From an uncultured Acidobacteriota bacterium (GTDB taxonomy: Bacteria; Acidobacteriota; Vicinamibacteria; Vicinamibacterales; UBA823), in NCBI GenBank assembly GCA_913052135.1, contig CAJXDY010000002.1, positions 33,820-97,819 of the forward strand: a DNA stretch of 64,000 nt, read 5' to 3'. The first letter of the stretch is position 1, and the number at the start of each line of letters is the position of its first letter. Both the position numbers and the translations under genes were made by a program. Positions 58,246 through 64,000 of this stretch are shown one piece after another. The notes below the pieces were generated by a model that saw only the letters and a list, made by a program, of their open reading frames with translations, did no database searches and was not told the origin of the DNA.

Positions 58246-59115
58246 ATGCGACTACTCGCTCTGGCCGTCCTCATCACTATTCTTCCGACCTCACATCTCG
58301 ACACTGTTCTAGAGCGGGGTGAAATTCTCGTCGGTACTACCGGCGACTATCGCCCGTTTAGCTATCGGCGCCCGGATGGAGAATTCGAAGGTTTCGACAT
58401 CGACGCTGCGCGTCAATTGGGTGTGTCTTTAGGAGTTGAAGTTCGCTTCGTTCAGACGAGTTGGCCTGGACTTGAGCAAGGGCTTCTTGAACGACGCTAT
58501 GACATCGCCATGTCGGGAATCACGCGTACCCTGGACCGCCAGAAAGTCGCTTCTTTATCTGATCCCTATCTTTCGATCGGGAAGTGTCCTCTTATCAGGA
58601 GGGCAGACAGAGAGCGTTTTACTGACCTCGATGCCATCGACCGCGCCGGCGTTCGTATTGGGGTCAACCCCGGTGGAACGAATGAAAGTTTCGTGAGAAG
58701 TCATATTCACGCAGCTGAGATCGTTGTTATTGAAGATAATCTGTCCATTCCCGATGCTGTCGCTACAGGACGAGTCGACGTGATGCTGACCGACAACGTT
58801 GAAGCTGTGCTAGTTGCGAATCAAGACTCACGGCTTTTTGCTGTTTTACCAGACTCTCCGTTGAGTCATGATGAGCTCAGCTACATGCTTCCGCCACACG
58901 ACTCTATCTTTTTGAATTGGGTAAACCTTTGGCTCCACCAATTGAGGCTCACCGGTGAGCTTGATCGCCTCCGAGAACGGTGGATTAGCGGCGCTCCTTC
59001 TTCTCAAAGCGAGCACCACCACGATTCTTCAGAGCTTTCCGTTCCACAGCTTCTTCAGTCCTTAACGGCGATGCCAGCTGTTACTCAGCGAGTCTTTAAA
59101 GGTCTTCAGAAGTGA
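58246..59115 (+). CDS. Family-3 solute-binding-protein fold, cyclohexadienyl dehydratase (PheC)-like
   Basis: VGTTGDYRPFS, GFDID, DIAMSGI, NPGGTNE; signal peptide; about 45-aa C-terminal tail. Confidence 0.75.
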   Translation: MRLLALAVLITILPTSHLDTVLERGEILVGTTGDYRPFSYRRPDGEFEGFDIDAARQLGVSLGVEVRFVQTSWPGLEQGLLERRYDIAMSGITRTLDRQKVASLSDPYLSIGKCPLIRRADRERFTDLDAIDRAGVRIGVNPGGTNESFVRSHIHAAEIVVIEDNLSIPDAVATGRVDVMLTDNVEAVLVANQDSRLFAVLPDSPLSHDELSYMLPPHDSIFLNWVNLWLHQLRLTGELDRLRERWISGAPSSQSEHHHDSSELSVPQLLQSLTAMPAVTQRVFKGLQK

Positions 59116-59137
59116 TGGCTTAGGACCGAGGAAAGCT

Positions 59138-60127
59138 TCAGACGAGGACCTTTTGTCCGCTACCGTCAAGCAGAGCTCGGCTATAGGCTAGTTGTGCTGC
59201 AGCCATGTCTTCAGCCGCCATACCGAGCGACTTGAAGATCGTGATCTGGGTTTCGGATGTTCGTCCTGGTAAGTGTCCCGCTATAACCTCTCCGATTTCG
59301 CCAGCTACATGAGATTCATCGAATTTTCCCTCAGCAAGTCCGAGCACAATGTCGCCAGACTCTGCGAATGCCCCGGCACGTGAATCGACAATTAATCGGC
59401 TTCGCGTCACAAGGGCAGGGTCCATTTCTCGAAGATGTGGTTCCGGCGCTCCAACCGAAGTCACGTGAGCACCCGCCGCGACCCAAGAATCTTGAATTAC
59501 TGGTTCGGTCGATGAAGTTGCGAGAACCACTAAATCGGCTTCTCGGACGGCAGCTTCTGCGTCTGCCACGGCCTGCACGGTTTGTTTCGTCTGTAAGGTC
59601 ATCTGAGATGCGAATTGCTCACGGTGTGCTGTGGAGGGACTCCAGATGTGCACCTTGCCAATCGAAAGCGTTTCAGTGAAGGCAGTGAGGTGACTCCGGG
59701 CCTGTGCACCGGATCCAATAATGGCCAGTTTCGATGGATCACCATTGCTTCGTGCTAAGTGTCGTGCAGCGACTGCTGAGACAGCTGCCGTTCGTGCCTC
59801 TGTGATGTATCGACCATCCAGAATTGCAGTTAAAGCTCCTGTTTCAGGATCGAGTAACACAATCGTGGCGAGGTGTGATGGCAGGTTGCGCGTTTGGTTG
59901 GACCTGTAGTTTGTGACTAGTTTGACTCCTAAAGCAGGCGGGTCTGTGAGCGAAGCCGGCATAACCCCGTAGTACGCTTGCTCTGCGCCAACAGACAGGA
60001 CTGATCTCAGCGGTTGCACTATTCCCTGACCAGTTGAGAACTGCTTCAGTACACGTTCCATGGCAGACACAAGGTCGACCATTGGCAATAATCGTCGGAC
60101 TTCGGTTTCATTTAAAATAAGAGTCAT
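59138..60127 (-). CDS. Ornithine cyclodeaminase / mu-crystallin family protein
   Basis: GVKLV, TEARTAA, GSGAQA, FKSLGMAAED. Confidence 0.9.
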   Translation of the reverse strand: MTLILNETEVRRLLPMVDLVSAMERVLKQFSTGQGIVQPLRSVLSVGAEQAYYGVMPASLTDPPALGVKLVTNYRSNQTRNLPSHLATIVLLDPETGALTAILDGRYITEARTAAVSAVAARHLARSNGDPSKLAIIGSGAQARSHLTAFTETLSIGKVHIWSPSTAHREQFASQMTLQTKQTVQAVADAEAAVREADLVVLATSSTEPVIQDSWVAAGAHVTSVGAPEPHLREMDPALVTRSRLIVDSRAGAFAESGDIVLGLAEGKFDESHVAGEIGEVIAGHLPGRTSETQITIFKSLGMAAEDMAAAQLAYSRALLDGSGQKVLV

Positions 60128-60167
60128 CGGTACGCAACTTACCTCCTGACCTTATAATCGTTGAGTC

Positions 60168-61190
60168 ATGAACTCAAGTAATGCAATTCACCGGATCCGT
60201 ACGATCGACGCGCATGCTGCTGGCGAACCACTTCGTCTTATCGTCGATGGTTTTCCGCGACCTCAAGGCCGTACCATGCTCGACAAACGTGCGTGGGTCA
60301 AGAAGCACAACGACTGGATTCGTCGAAGCTTAATGTTTGAACCGCGGGGTCATATCAACATGTACGGTGCCGTTCTCACCGAACCAGTTGAGGCTGACTC
60401 GCATACAGGCATTCTCTTTATGCATAACGAGGGGTACAGCACCATGTGCGGGCACGGTATCGTTGCCGTGACCACCATCGCGATCGAGCGCGAGTTGCTA
60501 TTTGTGGCTGAGGATCAAACGACGGTCGTATTTGATTCTCCTGCAGGACCGGTTCGGGCTAGAGCGACACTGGTCAGTAATAGTTCGACACGCCGTGTCG
60601 AAAGTGTCTCATTTATAAATGTTCCATCCTTCGTCTTGCATCCTGGCGTAACCGTTAAGATTGCAGGGCGCCAGGTGTCGGTGGATGTTGCTTTTGGCGG
60701 CGCTTTTTATGCGATTGTTGATACCGAAGCGGCAGGTTTACCACTCAGCATTTCCGAGTTGTCGCAGTTGCGTCAGGCGGGTATGGAAATTAAGTACGCG
60801 GTTGAAGCAGCTGTTCGTGTAGCGCACCCATTTCAGTCATCTCTTGAAGGGATTTATGGAACTATTTTTACGGGTGTAGCCGAGTCGCCCGATGCTGATC
60901 TCCGCAATGTCACCATTTTCGCCGACGCTCAGGTTGATCGGTCGCCCTGTGGTACTGGCACAGGCGCGGTGATGGCAGTCCTAGACGCAATGGGATTAAT
61001 CGATGATGATAGGCCATTTGTGAACGAAAGCTTGCTCGGCACTGCGTTTCGGGGTCGGGTCGTCGAACGCGTCAAGGTTGGAGAGTATTCAGCAATAGTG
61101 CCTGAGATTGAAGGCTCAGCTTGGATAACGGGAGAACACACGTTCATCATTGACGAAAATGACCCACTCCGAAGTGGATTTATTCTCTAG
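60168..61190 (+). CDS. Proline racemase / hydroxyproline 2-epimerase family (Cys/Cys)
   Basis: DAHAAGEP, EPRGH, MCGHG, DRSPCGTG. Confidence 0.92.
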   Translation: MNSSNAIHRIRTIDAHAAGEPLRLIVDGFPRPQGRTMLDKRAWVKKHNDWIRRSLMFEPRGHINMYGAVLTEPVEADSHTGILFMHNEGYSTMCGHGIVAVTTIAIERELLFVAEDQTTVVFDSPAGPVRARATLVSNSSTRRVESVSFINVPSFVLHPGVTVKIAGRQVSVDVAFGGAFYAIVDTEAAGLPLSISELSQLRQAGMEIKYAVEAAVRVAHPFQSSLEGIYGTIFTGVAESPDADLRNVTIFADAQVDRSPCGTGTGAVMAVLDAMGLIDDDRPFVNESLLGTAFRGRVVERVKVGEYSAIVPEIEGSAWITGEHTFIIDENDPLRSGFIL

Positions 61191-61194
61191 GTTC

Positions 61195-62907
61195 TCAAAA
61201 TCCGATCGCCAGGCCGTCCTTTCTAGGATCCGAACCACCCATCAGTACGCCGGTAGTGGGATCAATCAAGATTCCTTGGAATCCACCAAAAGCACCGATG
61301 CTGTTTCGTAGTCGGTGACCGCGCTGTTGCAATCCCCAACGAGCCTCGACCGTAATGGCGGATTCAAGGAGAACTCCCAAGGGGGAGTGCCTAATTCGAG
61401 CGGCTTCCCCTGCCTCTTGAATATTCATTCCGAAGTCGATGAGATTTAATAGAACCTGCACATGTCCTTGGGGTTGCATGTCACCACCCATGACGCCGAA
61501 TGAGAGCCAGGGACGATTATTGCTAAAGACCATCGCCGGCACCAGTGTGTGAAATGGCCGCTTGTGGGGTGAGAGAAGATTGGGATGTTCTTTCTTAAGT
61601 GAAAACAGACTTCCTCTGTTCTGCAAGACAATTCCAGTATCACCTGCAACGACGCCTGAGCCGAAGTTACCAAATAGGCTCTGAATCAGTGAAATAACGT
61701 TACCGTCTCCGTCGGCAGCAGTCATGTAGATAGTGTCGCCTAGGTCACGGCCAGATAGATCTTGATGCCCTTCCGCTGTTGCAACTTGGTCACTGAGATT
61801 AGCAGGTTTGTACGAGTCGGCTCGGTAGTCGAGATTTATTTCTTTCCGGCGTAATGCTGCATAGTTTTTGGACAACAAGGTGCTAAGTACAGCTTGTGGC
61901 ACTGAGTCGGGATCGGCAATGAAAGCATTACGATCAGCAAAGGCGATTCGCTTGGCTTCTACGACAAGATGCAGATATTCTGCAGAGTTGTGACCGAGTG
62001 TTTGTAAATCGTAGTCTTCCAGAAGATTTAACATCTGAAGTGCCGTGATGCCTTGGGTATTTGGTGGCATTTCGTACACTTCGTACCCGCGATAGTTCGT
62101 GCTGATTGGATCGACCCAATCTGAACGATGATCCAGGAAGTCCTTCATTGCAAATAGGCCATTTTGCTGTCTTGATGTTTCGACAATGGCTTCCGCGAGC
62201 GGGCCGCCATAGAATGCATCCCGGCCTTCGGTTGCGATCAGTTCGAGTGATCTCGCCAGGGTTGGGTTTGAAAAGATCTCTCCGGTTCTCGGTGCACGTC
62301 CGTTGTGTAAGAAAGTACTGGCTGCTACAGGGTCACGCATGAGTTTCTGCGTGGAATCTTCCCACTGGTGCGCAACTACTTCCGATACCGGAAAACCATT
62401 CTTTGCGTAATTAATGGCCGGTGTTAATGCTCGTTCTAGGGAAATGGTTCCATGATGTTTAAGGAGTTCAACCCAGCCATCAACAACGCCTGGTACTGAG
62501 ACTGAGAGGATGCCTGAGTCGGGAATACTTTCAAGGCTTTTGGATGCAAACACGTCTGGTGAAGCTGCATAGGGTGAACGGCCACTTGCGTTGAGGGCAC
62601 GCAACTGGCGTGTTTCGCCATCGTGAACAATCGCGAATAAGTCGCCGCCGATGCCATTCATCGTCGGTTCAACGACGGCTAGGACTGCTGCGGCAGTTAT
62701 GGCAGCGTCGATCGCGTTTCCACCCTCCTGCATTACTTGTAGGCCAGCGGCGGAAGCTAAGGGTTGGCTAGTTGCGATCATTCCATTCCGGGCGATGACC
62801 ACCGAGCGTGTCGAATGTGGGTTTGGAGCTGGTCGATCGCCTGGTAGTTGAGCCATCGCAGGTGAGGACATTAGTAACAGGACTCCGATCTTTACACGAA
62901 TACGCAT
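61195..62907 (-). CDS. ggt: Gamma-glutamyltranspeptidase
   Basis: Signal peptide, GGNAIDAA, GIGGD, nucleophile DTIYM, LQNRG, PFHTL, GVMGG, SDPRKDG. Confidence 0.95.
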   Translation of the reverse strand: MRIRVKIGVLLLMSSPAMAQLPGDRPAPNPHSTRSVVIARNGMIATSQPLASAAGLQVMQEGGNAIDAAITAAAVLAVVEPTMNGIGGDLFAIVHDGETRQLRALNASGRSPYAASPDVFASKSLESIPDSGILSVSVPGVVDGWVELLKHHGTISLERALTPAINYAKNGFPVSEVVAHQWEDSTQKLMRDPVAASTFLHNGRAPRTGEIFSNPTLARSLELIATEGRDAFYGGPLAEAIVETSRQQNGLFAMKDFLDHRSDWVDPISTNYRGYEVYEMPPNTQGITALQMLNLLEDYDLQTLGHNSAEYLHLVVEAKRIAFADRNAFIADPDSVPQAVLSTLLSKNYAALRRKEINLDYRADSYKPANLSDQVATAEGHQDLSGRDLGDTIYMTAADGDGNVISLIQSLFGNFGSGVVAGDTGIVLQNRGSLFSLKKEHPNLLSPHKRPFHTLVPAMVFSNNRPWLSFGVMGGDMQPQGHVQVLLNLIDFGMNIQEAGEAARIRHSPLGVLLESAITVEARWGLQQRGHRLRNSIGAFGGFQGILIDPTTGVLMGGSDPRKDGLAIGF

Positions 62908-63029
62908 CTAGACCTCCTAGTAGTCATTCCACTGTACCTCCTATTCTTCCGATACAGGCCCTCATCTGCAAGAAATTCTCAAGTCTGAAAAGCGAAATTC
63001 ATATCAGAAAATGTGCTACCGTTTTCGAT

Positions 63030-64000
63030 ATGGCACTTCAAGATCGCGTTGCCAAGCTAATTGCCGAGTTACCCAAGGTGGAGCAGTTTCCGACGCAAGG
63101 AGCGACGCTCTTTATTGACCTTGAACGACAAGAGGTCAAGCGGGCCTACACTCCTCGAGCAGTCATCCAGACTTTATTGGCGGGCCGCGGGGCGAATATG
63201 TTCTACCTTTATCGGTTACTCGACGAGCAACTTGAGCCACTGGATCCAGACGTACCCTTAATTTTTGGTTCGGGCGTTCTGACCGGCATCGTGCCTAGTG
63301 CTGCACGAGGTAATGCCACATCCTGGTCGCCTGAGTCTGGTGTTTTGATGGACGGTAGTGCTGGTGATTATTTTCCGTCTTTCCTCAAAATGAATGGGAT
63401 CGACCACCTCGTGCTTTACGGACGTCCGGTGGAGTGGACAGTGATTCGTGTCGCCGGTGGACAGATAGAGTTTCTCGATGGTAGACCGTACTTGGGTCTC
63501 GACAATGATGATCTCCGTACTCGTATTGCAGTGGACATGCACGGGACGTGGGCTCGCGATCTGGCTATGGCCAGCATCACGACGGCTGGAGAGAACCTTG
63601 TCTTGACCAGTGCCATCATGACTGGACCAAAAGCGTGCTTTGCGAGGGGTGGCCCAGGGGCAAAGATGGGGTCACTGCGTCTCAAAGCTGTTGTGCTTCA
63701 GGGACAGACACATGATTTTGATACGGCTCAGCCGTACAAGGGCTACAACAAGACGATTGCGACCAAGTTGCTAGGCACATCGGTCGTCAAGAATGCCTTA
63801 CGTACGATGGGCACCCCATTTCTTTATCGGCCCAGCCGGATCCTTGGAGCGATGGGTACCAAGAATAATCAAGAGACTACTTGGACCGATCGCCTGGATG
63901 CAGAAAATATAACCCCGTATCGACCTGGGATGGCCGGATGTTTTCGGTGTCCGGTAAATTGTCGACCCCTTAATGATCTGCATGGTGATCCAGACGACAA
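63030..64000 (+). CDS. Aldehyde:ferredoxin oxidoreductase (tungsten AOR/WOR family), 3' end runs off the window
   Basis: Manual translation from ATG 63030: GRGAN, LIFGSGVLTG, SPESG, AGENLV, ARGGPGAKMGSLRLKAV, GCFRCPVNC. Confidence 0.85.
   Translation, partial: MALQDRVAKLIAELPKVEQFPTQGATLFIDLERQEVKRAYTPRAVIQTLLAGRGANMFYLYRLLDEQLEPLDPDVPLIFGSGVLTGIVPSAARGNATSWSPESGVLMDGSAGDYFPSFLKMNGIDHLVLYGRPVEWTVIRVAGGQIEFLDGRPYLGLDNDDLRTRIAVDMHGTWARDLAMASITTAGENLVLTSAIMTGPKACFARGGPGAKMGSLRLKAVVLQGQTHDFDTAQPYKGYNKTIATKLLGTSVVKNALRTMGTPFLYRPSRILGAMGTKNNQETTWTDRLDAENITPYRPGMAGCFRCPVNCRPLNDLHGDPDD

Noticed and set aside
58154-60127. Genomic island integrated at tRNA-Glu
   Set aside because: No integrase, no duplicated tRNA 3' end (att site), and the neighbouring genes are metabolic.
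84-63983. Numerous short ORFs in the supplied track overlapping longer genes (e.g. 84-452, 4255-5037, 15004-15504, 51637-52113, 63061-63983)
   Set aside because: They are antisense or out-of-frame shadows of genes with clear family motifs and have no recognisable domains.
1-64000. CRISPR arrays, IS elements, prophage genes, rRNA
   Set aside because: No regularly spaced repeats, transposase/integrase motifs or rRNA-like tracts were seen.

Overview
64-kb, gene-dense (about 70 CDS) bacterial chromosomal segment with roughly balanced GC. It carries mostly housekeeping and amino-acid/amine catabolic genes plus one tRNA-Glu(CTC). The gene content (DUF6526, beta-lactamase-NamZ fusion, HU type, ctaA-ctaB with a cupredoxin lipoprotein) suggests an Acidobacteriota (Vicinamibacteria-like) genome; this is inference only. 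I saw no integrase, transposase, CRISPR array or rRNA. The top observation is a 71-codon gene missing from the ORF track (45258-45473). It encodes a glutaredoxin-like protein with two in-frame UGA codons (GKDT-U-PYT and terminal GGS-U-KV-stop). Each UGA is followed by a hairpin whose G-initiated apical loop begins exactly 21 nt downstream, which points to a double-selenocysteine UXX-star-type selenoprotein. Other points of interest: a candidate ~220-nt rod-like ncRNA downstream of HU; a tandem CrtI-like oxidoreductase pair with a GcvT-like gene; a mycobacterial Sdh1-type succinate dehydrogenase; a catalytically dead MDH paralogue; an iodotyrosine-deiodinase-like flavoprotein; a divergent squalene/phytoene synthase plus geranylgeranyl reductase operon; a tungsten-family aldehyde oxidoreductase; and several apparently leaderless genes. 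All annotations come from motif recognition by eye; no database searches were run.
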